This document shows, piece after piece, positions 27,749-42,073 of a stretch of DNA of 64,000 nt (the stretch's first letter is position 1; each line of letters starts with the position of its first letter). The position numbers were made by a program, and so were the translations under genes. The notes beneath the pieces are model-generated. The model was not told where the DNA came from and did not search any database. It saw nothing but the letters and a program-made list of their open reading frames with translations. This DNA is from Eledone cirrhosa (Eukaryota): the NCBI GenBank assembly GCA_964016885.1, contig OZ024742.1, positions 339,884,001-339,948,000 of the forward strand, given 5' to 3'.

Positions 27749-28033
27749 GACACATATATATATATACATAGACACATATATATGTATATGTGTGTGTATG
27801 AGTGGGTGTATGAGTGTGTGTAGGAAAAATAGAAAAATACACTGATTGTTTTATTCAGTTTTTCAAGCACAGTGGGATGAATCCAATTTTATGCTCAACG
27901 AATTTGAGAGTTATTCGATTAAGTATCGATACACTTCCCCCTCCCCCACCACAAGTTTGTCTGTATTTAGCATTATTGATACCTACATTAACATCTAACT
28001 ACCTGCTCGTACTGGAACCAGTGAGTATGCTTT

Positions 28034-28081
<48 letters not shown>

Positions 28082-28084
<3 letters not shown>

Positions 28085-28728
28085 AAAAGAATGAAATGAA
28101 ATTTCATTTCTCACTCTTAGTGCGGCTGATACTTAAATGTAAGTATGTATACGTACATACATATATGTATACAGACGTACAGTAGTATGTATATATATAC
28201 ATACAGGCATACATATATATATGTACGTATGGGTTTACCGAACATTTATTATAATGTTCGGTTTGTTTGTAAACAGCCGATTTACACCGTACAGTGCTCG
28301 GCAACCATCGTCGCCCTTTTGTTCAACACTGACAAAGGAACGATGAACTAGTTTCAAGCTTATTAGCTATTGTCAGCATCGTATACCTTCCTGTCAAATC
28401 AGGCTGCTCAGCCATTAATATGCATAAGGAAAGTATATACTTTCAAACGTTCAATCATCTGACAGGAAGGTATACGATGCTGACGATAGCTAATAAGCTT
28501 GAAACTAGTTCATCGTTTCTGTGTCAGTGTTGAACAAAAGGGCAACGATGGTTGCCGAACACTGTACGTCGTAATTTGGGCTGTTTGTTTACTTACAAAC
28601 AAACCGAACATTATAATAAATGTTCGGTAAACCCATACGTACATATATATATGTGTGCATGTATGTATATATATACATACTACTGTACGTCTGTATACAT
28701 ATATGTATGTACGTATACATACTTACAT
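28082..28728. mobile_element. Fold-back element (~265-bp arms 28137-28399 / 28457-28728, left tail) with a hammerhead in each arm
   Basis: IR read directly; partial copy at 57441-57622. Confidence 0.9.
28474..28516 (+). ncRNA. Minimal type I hammerhead ribozyme
   Basis: acgatg-CTGACGA-tagct aata agctt-GAAA-CTAG-TT-catcgt; palindromic AACTAGTT stem III; the mirror copy has CTGACAA. Confidence 0.88.
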
Positions 28729-28919
28729 ATATATATGTGTCTGTGTGTGTTTGTGTACAAATCCTTCTAGACATAGATGCATATACATACATCCACATAC
28801 ACGCACACATATACATACAAGCGCTTATATATATATATATATATATATATAAAGATTTATGTAAATTATGTAAACTATATATATGTGTTTGTGTCTATAT
28901 TGTATCTGTATTATTTTTG

Positions 28920-29129
28920 ACCGTCGGTCAGTCAATGGCAACATTGAGGACCGAGTAAGTTAGATCGCAGATATAAAAGACAGCGAGAAGCGAACACCAA
29001 CCAAACAGTGAGTGTGTTCTGTTATTAATTCTGACAATATTACGCAAATATGACCCTCCCCAAGTATAACAATATCTGTTTCGACACACGATTTCATATA
29101 AAAAACCTCGCTAAACTAATTCATCGCCG

Positions 29130-29130
<1 letters not shown>
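28920..29130 (+). mobile_element. Non-inverted copy of the 7494-7873 family
   Basis: cagtgagtgtgttctgttattaattctg..tatgaccctcccc..aaaaacctcg shared. Confidence 0.75.
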
Positions 29131-29176
<46 letters not shown>

Positions 29177-29191
29177 CATATATACAAAAAT

Positions 29192-29228
<37 letters not shown>

Positions 29229-29277
29229 CAAATAAAAATAAAAATAATAAAATATATAAAATAAATATATATATATA

Positions 29278-29356
29278 TAAAGGATGTCTCAAAAAATTTA
29301 AACACTTTAACAGCATTCTAATATATATGTGTATACATTTTAAGGGCCACCCTGTA
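29278..29356. mobile_element. Possible tiny Tc1/mariner-type MITE remnant
   Basis: Right end reverse complement is TACAGGGTGGCCC; the left end is a degenerate counterpart. Confidence 0.35.
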
Positions 29357-29575
29357 TATATATATATATTGGAGATGCACCTAATGTTTTTATATATACA
29401 TGCAATTATGCAAATTTACCATACATGTAAATTTACACGAAAGTTTTCATAAATAGTCATGATTATTGAATTAGTTTTGTACTAACCCGTTCCGCTGTGT
29501 AGATTTTGAAAATTTTATTTTGATTTGATTTGGTAGTGAGTATATTTCCCACATTGTTGCATGTCATGGTGAATA

Positions 29576-30125
29576 CGAGGGGGCTTCAAGACGTTCGTGG
29601 AAAAAGTACATAGCTAAAACTCATAAGGAGGGATTTTGATCTCAATGCACCTGTACGTTCTCGTACTAACGTCTCATAGCATGTTCTAACATGAACACTT
29701 AAATGCATGTTGTAATGGGGTGGCGCCTGTCGGATGTCAGCTCCCGCTCGAGCAATATGGTCTCCATCAAAACATGAAATTCATGGTGAATCTAGGGTGA
29801 AAAGGCAGCCAAATCATTGATATTCTGGAGCAAGTTTATGGGGACAATGTTCCAAAGAAATCAACAACCTGCAAATGGATAAGTCGTTTTAGGAGTGGAA
29901 GAGATGAGGTTGAAGATGATCTCCAGTTGAAAATGTAAAAAAAGCGGCTTTGACATGGTTTAAATCATATGGTCCTCAGTTTTACACAGATTGACTTAAA
30001 GCCTGGTATCAACGCTTGCAGAAGTGATTTGACCTCGATGAAGCATATGTTGAAAAATAAACATCGTAACTTAAACCGCTTTTTTCCAATTGTCCTTTTT
30101 CCACGAACTTTTTGAAGCTCCCTCG
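29576..30125 (+). mobile_element. Internally deleted mariner (irritans/Hsmar2-like) with ~31-bp TIRs and TA TSD
   Basis: TA|CGAGGGGGCTTCAAGACGTTCGTGGAAAAAG ... CTTTTTCCACGAACTTTTTGAAGCTCCCTCG|TA; remnants MKFMVNLG*K..VYGDNVPKKS..KWISRFRSGRDEVEDD and AWYQRLQK*FDLDEAYVEK*. Confidence 0.9.
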
Positions 30126-30619
30126 TATATTTTCCACATGTTGCTGTGTATCAATTAAGTTTTTTTCTAATACAATGGACAGAACTGTCTGTGTCCTTGT
30201 TGAAGCTTATGACAAGAATACGGATTATGACAAGGGATGCAATTCTGCTCTGACTATAATTGTAATTTTATGCGAGATAATGTAGAACGAGTTTGGTTTG
30301 TATTTAGTTATTAAGTACGTTTCCTTATTCATGCGTTGCTGTTCTGATGTCGAACAACTGCATAAAATGAAAAAACATTGAAATTCAGCACTGTTTACCC
30401 CCGTAACTCTGTGTTGACCCAGATGAAATTGTCTGGTGTTCGATTCCTTAAATTGTTGGCGGTTTTCTGTTATCGGAGTGGCAGGATTGTTGACTAATGT
30501 AGTGTTATAGCCACCTATACATGTTAAAAAATATATTTAACTGTATAAGTTACACGAAAAGTCGTCGTTAATCTTGAAAATAAATCCTTTTTTTGAAGTG
30601 AAATTCGCGAGCTTCTGAT

Positions 30620-30940
30620 ACACCCAGGTTCTGCTGCACGTCGGGCTGAGGAGGCCAAACTCTTCAAATACCGGTCGCTCTCCGATAGGTTTGCGGTTGT
30701 ACCCTTAGCAGTGGAGACTTCTGGTGTCCTAGGCCCTAGGGCTACCCCAATACTCACCACCATAGGCGCTGAGCTGGCCAGCCGCAAGTGTGAGCCTCGC
30801 GAGTTGGAATGGCTATACCAGCGCGTCTCCCTTGCTGTCCTCCGGAGAAACGCTTTCTCCATTCTGTCCGCCGGGCCTGTGGGGAGGCCACAAATATGAT
30901 TAACTGACTTGTCATTTTGTCAGTCAGATGTTCTAATGAT
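30620..30940 (+). mobile_element. CRE-like RLE LINE 3' fragment
   Basis: PGSAARRAEEAKLFKY..VVPLAVETSGVLG..LYQRVSLAVLRRNAFSIL resembles the CRE C-terminus. Confidence 0.8.
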
Positions 30941-31474
30941 TATATATATATACATATATATACGTTCATATATATATATATGTGTATATATATATATTTT
31001 CGGTTGGCTTATAAATTAATCGTCAATTTCACCCACATGTAAGTGTACTCCACAGTTTGATTGGTTGCAAGTTCTAACTTTAGGATCTTTAAATACGGTA
31101 TACAGCTTTGCATCCGTCAATATTTGTTTAGTGAATAGATAGGTTTCTTTATACGTTTCTGTAGATTTCTTTGATCTTTGGATTAAAAAATGAAATATAT
31201 GGTATAACCCTATTTTCTTTTCCTTTCTATTTTATTTCTCTGGGTTCATTGATATTAATTTATCTTACTTTTTTAATTTTTGATTAAATTCTGAGCTGAT
31301 TTTCCCTTGATGAGTATTTTCTCATCTTGACTGGTCACTGGTCAGTTTTTGTGAGTTTGGGGCTCTTTTGCAGGATTAAGAAGAAATACGCAAAGGCATT
31401 GAAAGTATCGATCAAGATTAAAACACAGATTATACAAAATCGTGTTAGATTCACGCTTGCAAGAAAAGGAAAAG

Positions 31475-31512
31475 TCTCAACGTATCGGACGTTAGCCCTT
31501 TATCAGGAAAGA
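31475..31512 (-). ncRNA. Decayed hammerhead-like remnant
   Basis: Reverse complement CTGATAA-agggctaacgtcc-GATA-cgtt has two core substitutions. Confidence 0.4.
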
Positions 31513-31639
31513 GGTGGTTATTACATGTCATTTTTATAAATTACACATTGTTGATGTTAAACACCGGTATTTTTCACCTTACAATCAGGCTTTATCTCGG
31601 GGTTTAAGATAAGATTTGCTTTTTACTCTTCTATGTGGT

Positions 31640-32910
31640 ATCCATCACTTTTCTAATTATTCTGGCACAACCAAGTAGGCATGCCTTTTCTACAGACTCT
31701 ATACCAAGATCAAATCCAATTTATTGCAATTTTTTGTAAGATTGTCTGTTATACATCCCAGGACTCCTATAATTACTGGTACCAGTATTACCTTATTTAC
31801 TTCACCCCTCCATACCTTCATAACTTCATATTTGAGATCGTTGTAGTAGTTTTTCTTCTCTTTTTTCTTTATCTTTTATTCTCGTGTCAGAAGGTCATGC
31901 CACATCTATAATAAAACATTTCTTTTCTTGAGTATCAGTGCTATGTCCGGTTTGTTGTGACCAATATTTGGTTCAGTTTGTATTGTAAAATCCCACAGAA
32001 TTTTGACACCATCATTTTCCAGCACTTTCGTCTCTTTTGTCACAGTTGAACCCAAAAGTTTACATGATCATCAATGTATTATTGCTGCCACTTTATCATG
32101 AGCTAATTGTCTCATTTACCTTACCACACATCCTACACAGTGGTCATATGATCACCTTGTCCACATTAACTTTGATCCAATTAGTTCTTATTTCCTGGTC
32201 CTGGGCTGCCATAATTAAACCCCCTGTCACCTTTATCAAGGGACCTCATCGTACCTATGTCCGTCATTATCATTTCTGACAGCTCTTGTGTTTTCTACAT
32301 AGGCTGAGTGTAATGGTTTCACTTCAAATCTGGTTTTACGTTCTCTGGCTATTTCAACTTTCTTTTATGTGAGTCTCCCTTTCCATCACAGATTCCTTCT
32401 TTTATGACCTCCTTTAACAATTTCTCTTTATTTTTTCCTAGATACTTACTCAAGCTGTCTTTCTCCACTGAAACTATCTCCTCACCACTTGCCCACTTTC
32501 TGCTATTTTCCCATAGAGTCGGTCAACGTCACCTCGAGGGTATAAGCCTCGATGTATATTCAGCATCTTGTTTTTCTATCTATATTTTTCAGTTAATCAA
32601 CCGTCCAGTCGACGACCTCAGCACCATATCTTATTATAGACACAGCTCTGGAGTTCATTGCCGTTATCGTGTTCCCAGCATTAAGCTGTGATCATATGAT
32701 GCACATGACTCTCTTGAAATACTCCTGTGTGATTTTACTTTTCATCTCTTTGCTAATTACCTTATCACTCTGCAGTATTCCCTGGTATTTATAGCCCTCT
32801 CCGTCACTTCTAAAGTGATCTTATTCTCCCTTACAATTTCAACAATACTACATTTACCTATCCCAAATTCCATCTCAATATCCTCGCTAAACACCCTTAA
32901 TGTTTGGTCA
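31640..32910 (-). mobile_element. Old, degenerate R4/Dong-like LINE (RT C-terminal part to RLE)
   Basis: Minus-strand remnants FSEDIEMEFGIGKC, LNAGNTITAMNSRAV, LIMAAQDQEIRTNW, KILWDFTIQT..HNKPDI; abuts an (ATA)n-like tract. Confidence 0.75.
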
Positions 32911-33100
32911 ATATTAATAATAACAAATATAATGATAATAACGATATCTAATTCAGGCAGAAGGCCAGCAGTTTATCGGAAGGTTGAAAGGTAACGTTGT
33001 ATCTATAACCCCCCCCCCCCCCCCTTACTAGGAACTTCCTACCTAGATATCCATTGATTACTCCCCCCTCATCTCTGTTGTTGTCCGTCTCCCTATCCAT

Positions 33101-33190
<90 letters not shown>

Positions 33191-33223
33191 ATTTATATAT
33201 ATATATATATATATTTATATATT

Positions 33224-33282
<59 letters not shown>

Positions 33283-33422
33283 GCATATATATATATGAAT
33301 GGATATATATATTTGTGTGTGTGTGTGTGTTTGACTGTGTCTGTGTGTGTGTTAATACGTGTGTGCATATTGATGGCGTATGCATACTTGTGTGCATATA
33401 CATACATGCATGTATGTATATG

Positions 33423-33466
<44 letters not shown>

Positions 33467-33487
33467 TGTGTGTACGTGTGTGTGTGT

Positions 33488-33518
<31 letters not shown>

Positions 33519-33809
33519 CACTTATACATTGAACGTGTACACCATCCATACACACTCACACAGATACAGTGGAACACACACAGACCCCCCCCCCCCCCAC
33601 ACACACAGACCCCCCCCCCACAACCTTCCAAATCCAAGTGTTGAAGGTTTACTGTGAGGTAATTGATCCCCACATTATTCCTCGTCGTAATATTTATTAA
33701 AAAGCCGCCCCCGGGGATCGAACCCGCCATCAAGTAACCCGTATTTATGACTACAAGAATCAAGCCGCCATTTATGATCCTATTTCTTCTGTGGAGAATA
33801 TCTCCCCCT

Positions 33810-34322
33810 CTCCTTCCCTCCTTCTCCCTCCTCCTTCCTCCCTCTTTCTCCTTTACACTCTCCTTCCTCCCTCTTTCTCCTTTACACTCTCCTTCCTCCC
33901 TCTTTCTCCTTTACTCTCTCCTTCCTCCCTCTTTCTCCTTTACTCTCTCATTCCTCCCTCTTTCTCCTTTACTCTCTCATTCCTCCCTCTTTCTCCTTTA
34001 CACTCTCCTTCCTCCCTCTTTCTCCTTTACTCTCTCCTTCCTCCCTCTTTCTCCTTTACTCTCTCATTCCTCCCTCTTTCTTCTTTACTCTCTCCTTCCT
34101 CCCTCTTTCTTCTTTACTCTCTCCTTCCCTCCTCCTTCCCTCTCCTTCCCTCTCCTTCCCTCTCCTTCCCTCCTCCTTCCTCACTCTTTCTTCTTTACTC
34201 TCTCTTTCCCTCTTTCTCCCCTTATCCTTCCTCCCTCTTTCTTCTTTACTCTCTCCCCCCTCTCTCTTTCTTCTTTAATCCTCCTTTCACTTTCTTCTTG
34301 TTCTCCTTTTTGCCTTCCTTCC

Positions 34323-34362
<40 letters not shown>

Positions 34363-34560
34363 TTCTCTACACCTTCCTCCCCCTTCCTTCCTGCTCCCTA
34401 TCTATTTCTCTCTCTCTCCTCACCCTGCTCTCTGCCCACCTTCCTCTCCCCTTTCAAACCATCACTCCTCCCTCTCTTTTTCTCCCCCTCTTCCTTCCCC
34501 TTCCTCTCTGACCCTCATCTTCTGTCTCATTCCTCTCTCTCTTCCCCCTATACCTCCCTC
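33810..34560. repeat. CT-rich 28/30-bp minisatellite (ctctccttcctccctctttctcctttac) and pyrimidine tract
   Basis: Direct reading. Confidence 0.9.
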
Positions 34561-34629
34561 TATCTCTCCCTCTCACCTACCGCTTCTTCACTCCCCTCCA
34601 CATCATCTGAACGTGTGAGTATGTCAGTG

Positions 34630-34926
34630 GCATGCGTGTATGTATCTATGTATGTGGCTGTGAGCAATATGTGTGTGTGTTATGTTTGTGTTTGTGTGTG
34701 TGTTTGTATGCATTTGTGTGTGTGATGTATGTTTGTATGCGTTTGTGTTAGGAGTATTCGAAACGTGTATACAGGTGCTTATGATGTGCCTGTCTTTCTG
34801 TATATACACATATACATATACACATATACATATATACATACATATATACACACATACATACATAAACACCTACACACATACATACATACACACATACATA
34901 CATACATACATACATACATACATACA

Positions 34927-34962
<36 letters not shown>

Positions 34963-35447
34963 TACACATACATACATACATACATACATACATACATACT
35001 CATGTCATATAGAAGATACACAAATCATATACACACATTCACACACACACACATACACACACTATATATATATATATATATAGTGTGTGTGTTTGTGTGA
35101 ATGTGTGTATCTGTTTGTGTGTGTATGTGCATATGATTTGTGTATCTTCTATATGACATGAGTATGTATGTGTGTGTATATATATATATATGTATGTGTG
35201 TAGGTGTTTATATATGTATGTGTGTATATATGTATGTATATATGTATATGTGTATATATGTATGTATATGTGTATGTATGTGTGTGGATATGTGTCTATG
35301 TAATATGCAGGTATGGTTGTGTATATTTGTGTGTATATATGTATATATGTGTGTCTATGTGCATATGTGTATGTATATGTTTCCATACGTGTGTGAATGT
35401 GTGTATATGTGTATATGTTTGTATATGTGTATATATGTGTGTATATA

Positions 35448-35492
<45 letters not shown>

Positions 35493-35652
35493 GTGTGTGT
35501 ATATGTACGTATATGTGTGCATATATGTATATATGTATATATATATGTGTGTATGAGTATATATCTGTGTATATGTGTATATGCGCAAATGCGTGTATAT
35601 ATGTATATATGCGTGTATATGTGTATATATATGTATATATATGTATATTCGT

Positions 35653-35683
<31 letters not shown>

Positions 35684-36115
35684 GGTGTGTATATGTGTGT
35701 ATATGTGTGTATATGTGTATATATGTGTGTATATGTGCGTATATGTGTGTATATGTGTATACATATGTGTATATATATGTGTATATATGTGTGTATATAT
35801 ATGTGTGTATATGTGTATATATGTGTGTATATATGTGTGTATATGTGTATATATGTGTGTATATGTGTGTATATGTGTATATATGTGTGTATATATATAT
35901 GTATATATATGTGTGTATATATGTGTGTATATGTGTGTGATAAGAAAGAGTTGATGTCTTCTTCCACAGAAGTTACCAAACTCCTCAGGGAAGACAACAA
36001 ATGGTATTGTAATTATAATTATTCTTGTAACCAAGGCAACAGTGATCATTGATCAGGCTTTAATCACAAGGACTTTAGATCATTTTCATAGCTGTGGAGG
36101 ATTTGAAGGACATCG

Positions 36116-36156
<41 letters not shown>

Positions 36157-36178
36157 TGTGTATATATATATATATATA

Positions 36179-36231
<53 letters not shown>

Positions 36232-36274
36232 ACATATATATATATATATATATATAAATGTGCATGTGTGTGGG

Positions 36275-36305
<31 letters not shown>

Positions 36306-36899
36306 GTGCATGTGTGTGTTTGTGATAAATATGGAGAGGGAGGGAGAGAGAAGGAGAGAGAAGGAGAGAGAGGGACAGAGAGGGAGGGGGGAGATAGGGA
36401 AGGAGGGGTAGAGAGAGAGAGAGGGGAGAGTGAAAGCGATAGTGTGATTATTGGCGTAAACCTGTCAGTAGAGCATGAAACGAATTTAACCTTACAATTA
36501 TACACACACACACACACACACACATTCACATACAAACACACACACGTTCACACACATATTCACACACACACACACATTCACACACACACGCGCATTCACA
36601 TACAAACACACACACGCTCACACACACATTCACATACACACACATTCACGCACACACACACATACATTGACACACACATTCACGCACACACACACACACG
36701 TTGACACACACACACACACATTCACACACACACACATTCACACACACACAAACACATACACACATTCACACACACACATTCACACACACACATTCACACA
36801 TACACACACACACATTCACGCACACACACACACACATTCCCACACACACACACGATACACATGCTTACATATACCCTGGCGTATACATTGCAGACATAT

Positions 36900-36946
<47 letters not shown>

Positions 36947-37470
36947 CACACATATATGTACATAGAGAGAAATATACATACAAACATGCATATACGTGTA
37001 CAAATACACACACACACATATACCACACATGTTCATTTACGACCGGACACATACATTGAAATACAGAGAAATACACACACATATACACACATATGTATAA
37101 ATACGCACACACACACACACTCACATTCACATCCACATACATAGAGACACACACAAACATTTATATATATGTACAAATACACGCACACACACACATACAT
37201 AGACATATAGACACACAAACATTCATATATATGTACAAATACACGCATACACACATACATACATAGACAGAGAGAGACACACAAACATTCATATATATGT
37301 AAATACACACACACACCCTTTACAAACACATTACACACACATACATAGACTGAGACGCACACAAACATTCATATACATGTACACATACACACACGCTCAC
37401 ACACATACACCACGTACACCCTCTACATACACATACATACATAAGAAATACATCAACATATCTATACACA
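34630..37470. repeat. Compound (CA)n/(TA)n/(CATA)n/(TATGTG)n microsatellite field
   Basis: Direct reading. Confidence 0.9.
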
Positions 37471-37499
37471 TATAAATGCTCGCACTTACACAAATATTG

Positions 37500-37770
37500 G
37501 TAGATGGATCTCAGTCGGTTTGGGCGATGATTGTCCCAGTTGCTTCAACAACCGAACAAACTGCTCGTGAAATTAACGTGCAAGTTGCTGAGCATTTCCG
37601 ATATACTGTACCACTAACGTAGTTGTCAGAGAGATTCAGCGTGATCTACGGTGATACATGGTTGACCCTTTCAATTAGGGATATAACTCATTGTTGCCAG
37701 CTGAGTTGACTGGAGCAACGTAATATATAGGCTTAGCACGTCACTGGGAATTGAACTCACGACCTTACGG
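37500..37770 (-). mobile_element. tRNA-derived SINE (third type), degenerate
   Basis: Reverse complement has aaggtcgtgagttcaattccc (B box) and gttgctccagtcaactcagctg. Confidence 0.65.
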
Positions 37771-37791
37771 TATATATATATATGCATATAA

Positions 37792-37854
<63 letters not shown>

Positions 37855-37974
37855 GAGAGAGAGAGAGAGGGAGAGGGGGAGAGAGAATATAAACATATAT
37901 ATATATTCAAGCGTGAACCTAATACTAACACTTTGTACTGCACTCTTCCTTTTGTTTTTGTTTTCTGTTTTAAC

Positions 37975-38030
<56 letters not shown>

Positions 38031-38033
<3 letters not shown>

Positions 38034-38226
38034 GTTTTAATATAGATGAGATTCTACAGGACTAGAACTGTTTCATTCTTTAGAAATCATCAGGATTCCT
38101 GATGATTTCTAAAGAATGTGAACAGTTCTAGTCCTGTAGAATCTCATCTATATTAAAACCTTTATACTCTGCAATGTATTGAGTACCTTACTTACTGTGG
38201 TTACCTCCGATTCAACCCGGAATAAC

Positions 38227-38227
<1 letters not shown>
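38031..38227. mobile_element. Fold-back element (65-bp arms, 1-bp spacer at 38096, ~65-bp tail) centred on a hammerhead
   Basis: tcatcagga-t-tcctgatga at the centre; gattc-CTGATGA-tttctaaagaat-GAAA-CAG..CTG-TA-gaatc; second copy at 57714-57917. Confidence 0.9.
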
Positions 38228-38280
<53 letters not shown>

Positions 38281-38734
38281 GATAACAAGTTAGCGTTTTA
38301 GGTAATCCAGTTAGAGGTTGTGAATACCCTGTTCTATAGAAAGTTTTAACGTACGGCGTTGTTTGACTCAACAAGAGGTTTCCTTAGTTAGGTAGCGAGT
38401 TGGCGAGATCAGCGGCCTTTAGACTCACCTGATCAATGAAACAATTGTTAATACTGTAAATAAACCCTTTTTGTACAGCCTACCATGTTATTCTTCACTC
38501 TTTAATTATATATATATATATATATTTTAGCAGTTTTAGTTATTAAGTAGTCGTGGTCGGCACTTTAACAGGGTAGATGATTGAAGGTCGTTAGTTGCCA
38601 GTGTGGTAAGTGATAGTATCCTCGTTGGATTATCTTGTCGACATAGACGTATGGGAAGGTCCCTCGATCTATTTACCATCTATTTACAATATTCCTTTCG
38701 TCAGGTCGCCAATTCCAGCAGCATGGATTATAGA

Positions 38735-39110
38735 TGTTATTGAGACACGAGTAACATAATAATGATTTCAACAGCAGTAATTAGAGATGAAATGTATGTT
38801 TATTTTTGATGTAGTACAAACAATGTTTGTTAACTTATATGGTTGAAGTTACGGATAAAAAGAGGTTACAAAAGGGAATGTGCCATTGCGCCGTTAAGCC
38901 GGCGAGGCTAGGGTGCAATATCTCACCGTTACATTATGCGTGTTGCTGGCTCGAAGTTTCTGGTACAAGAGCGAGATTCTTCAAATCTTCGCGGGGAATT
39001 TTTTTTCTCCGGGCGCGTAGGGATACATCCTCTTCTACTGGCGTTGATTGGCTGAACTGAGCCAAATCACGCATAGAGAATGTATGTGAGCCCGCGGAAT
39101 GTAGGTCACT

Positions 39111-39113
<3 letters not shown>
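38735..39113 (-). mobile_element. Possible solo-LTR-like fragment
   Basis: Minus strand starts TGTAGTG, contains AATAAA and ends ATAACA; no second copy or TSD seen. Confidence 0.3.
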
Positions 39114-39194
<81 letters not shown>

Positions 39195-39324
39195 GATGTT
39201 ATATTTAATTTGTTGGGATACAACAAGCAAATATTTTTATATCTGATATAAAGTACTCAACAAATTTTTGGAGTAAAAATACAATATATTAACAAATGGA
39301 AACTATATTTATAAAACCATATTT

Positions 39325-39387
39325 ATTTCATTATACATATTTCAAGGACACCAAAGCAAATTATGATGCACTTTCATCAGATAAAAT
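39325..39387 (-). ncRNA. Type I hammerhead ribozyme in left pLTR
   Basis: attttat-CTGATGA-aagtgcatca..tggtgtcctt-GAAA-tatgtATA-atgaaat. Confidence 0.85.
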
Positions 39388-39648
39388 ATAATATTGATCA
39401 GTTTTATAAACAAATATTGACATACCCTTAAAGAATGCAACGATGTCGGTTGGAAGCTCCCGGATAGTGGGGTTACTAATTTTATTATTGGTCTATTATG
39501 CAAATTAGTGTCGGAAAGGTTTAAATCCCCTACATTTAAATTAAGCCGTTGGAATAGGGAAAAAAGAAAAAGAAAAGGAAAAAGAAAGTACCAAAGAAAA
39601 ACAAAAGAAAAGAAAGAGAAAGAGAGAGAGTATTGTATTAACGTAATT

Positions 39649-40280
39649 TTCTCATTAAATATTAAAACTCCTATTGCTAAACTATTTTTTAAAGCTCTTG
39701 ACAAATGCTTCCCTCGAACACATAGATATTACTCAATATTTAATAGACATACTATAAAATTGACTTATTCAACCACCAGTAATTTATCGCAGAATATTAA
39801 TAGAATTAATAATAGAAACTTAAAACCTAACCAGAATACCACTTGAATTTTGATAAATGTAACTGTAGAAATGAATCTAACTGTCCGTTAAATAACAATT
39901 GTTTAGCTAAAAATATAGTATATAATTGTAATGTAAAAACTAATTTAAATTCATTTAATTATGTAGGTTCTACTTCCACAGACTTTAAATCCCGCTTTAA
40001 TAACCATAAATGCTCTTTTACGAATATAAATAAAAAATCTTCAACTTCTCTATCTAGCTTACTATGGGACCTAAAATTAAAGAACATTAACTATTCTTTA
40101 CTTTGGAATATTATTTCCAAAGCTCCTCCATTTAATGCCTCTTCGGAAAATTGCGCTCTTTGTATAGAGGAAATATTCTCTATATTAAAAAGCAAAGATT
40201 CTGTGAATTTAAGGAACAATCTTTTCAGTTGTTGCAAACATAGATTAAATTCAACGTTTAAATATAAATTTAAAATGTAA
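39649..40280 (+). pseudogene. PLE (Naiad-like) linker plus GIY-YIG endonuclease, one frameshift near 39840
   Basis: LDKCFP..IFNRHTIKLTYS; CNCR..CPL..CL..IVY..YVG..FKSRFNNHKCSF..LSSLLWDLK..CALCIEE..CKH. Confidence 0.85.
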
Positions 40281-40744
40281 TATATAACTCATCTTATTAA
40301 ACCTATCGATAAATCATTAGATTCCTTCATACGACTGCCAAAAACTCTCTTAAATGAAGAAAATTTTTTCAGAAAAAATTTTTTCCTTATAAAAAATTTT
40401 TTTCCTTAAAAAGCTTTTCCTTAAAAATTTTTTCCTTAAAATTTTCCTTGAAAATTCTTCTAGATAAACATACTGAAAGTTTTAAAAAAAAAGGGTATAA
40501 AAAATTAAGATAAACATACTGAAAGTTTAAAAAAATTTTTTATTGTTAATTCCTCTGATGGATATAAAAAATAAAAAAAAATTATAATTCATATTTTATA
40601 TTGTGCTGCTTAAAAATTATATTGCTTAAAAATATAATTCCTTTTAAAATTATATAATTATATCTTTTTTAAAAATTGTAATTCCTTTTAAAATTATAAT
40701 CCTTTTAAAATTATAACTCATATTTTATTTTATATTATGTATTT

Positions 40745-40809
<65 letters not shown>

Positions 40810-40869
40810 ATATGTATGTGTATATGTATGTGTGTATATGTATGTGTGTATATGTATGTGTGTATATAT

Positions 40870-40989
<120 letters not shown>

Positions 40990-41520
40990 ATGTGCGTATG
41001 TATGCATATATGTATGTCTGTGTATATATATATATCGAAATGTATAATTTGAATACATTCTAAGAATGAACTCATATAAAAGGTATATTACGGTTTATGC
41101 TTTAGATATATTCTTATGAAAAACTTTAAACATTAAGACGTTATAGTAAACAAACTTATATTTTAACAGTCACAACTGTATAACAGGTGTATTTATAAAA
41201 TTATAACTTACTATAAAATAATATAAGGTTCTCTTATAATCTTAACTTTTTTTATCATCTTAACTTTTATAGCATATAATGATTAGAGGTATCTAAATTA
41301 CAAATAAATCAATAAATTTTCCATCACGCCGTATTGCTATTACTAAGAAGAGATTTTTCTTCGCTAAAATCTCTGAACATTCCTATATTTTAAACATATA
41401 TTTTGCTATTTCTTATAAGTTTTATTGTTAATTGAAAAATTTAATAGTTAATCGTTAGTTGATGATTAATAATAAATTTATGTAAGGTTATGTATAATAA
41501 CATATATATATATATATATA

Positions 41521-41834
41521 TTAGAAAGTGAGGTTTTTTTTTACAGAATGAAAAATAACCGAGGTGTCCTACACGAGTGAAAGTATAAAGAAAAAGAGAT
41601 GAAATCGAAAATGCAACTGGAGTCTTATTTTTTAAAAAAATATATATATTTATTTGGTTCCTTTACCGGTTTCGCAGTTCTTCTGCGTGAGAAAAACCAC
41701 AGACCCTCCATCTCAACTCTACTTTTGAAAAGCAGAAGAACTGCGAAACCGGTAAAGGAACCAAATAAATATATATATTTTAAAAAAAAATAAGACTCCA
41801 GTTGCATTTTCGATTTCATCTCTTTTTCTTTATA
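41521..41834. mobile_element. Fold-back element (103-bp arms 41584-41686 / 41732-41834, left tail) with U3-A8 hammerhead
   Basis: ctt-TTGAAAA-gcag aagaa ctgc-GAAA-CCGG-TA-aag at 41722-41757. Confidence 0.9.
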
Positions 41835-41859
41835 TATATATATATATATATATTCTGGT

Positions 41860-42073
41860 GAAGGCGTGTGGCTGAGTGGTTAGAGAATTGGATTCACAAT
41901 CTTGAAGTTGTGAGTTCGATTCGTGGACCAGGTGATGCGTTATGTCCTTGAGCAAGACACTTTATTTCACGTTGTTCCTTCTCCCTGGAGTTGCGACCGA
42001 TAGATAGTATTAGCAACTGGAAAGACCGACGGAAACATTGTTTCCTCGGTCCGATTTGACGAAAGTCGATCGA
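41860..42073 (+). mobile_element. tRNA-derived SINE (type 1)
   Basis: Paralog of 20496-20712. Confidence 0.85.

Noticed and set aside
38425-38460. Hammerhead at ctgatcaatgaaacaattgtt
   Set aside because: No stem II or stem I and an altered core; at best a deleted remnant
39508-39648. Lys/Arg-rich N-terminus of ORF 39508-39846 as real protein
   Set aside because: It is the antisense of the T-rich inverted pLTR, fused in frame by chance
39844-39846. TGA in the Naiad ORF as a selenocysteine codon (some Naiads encode selenoproteins)
   Set aside because: The downstream GIY-YIG is in a different frame and its cysteines are TGT/TGC, so this is a frameshift
40550-40570. ctgatgg as a hammerhead core
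   Set aside because: No GAAA or helices in register
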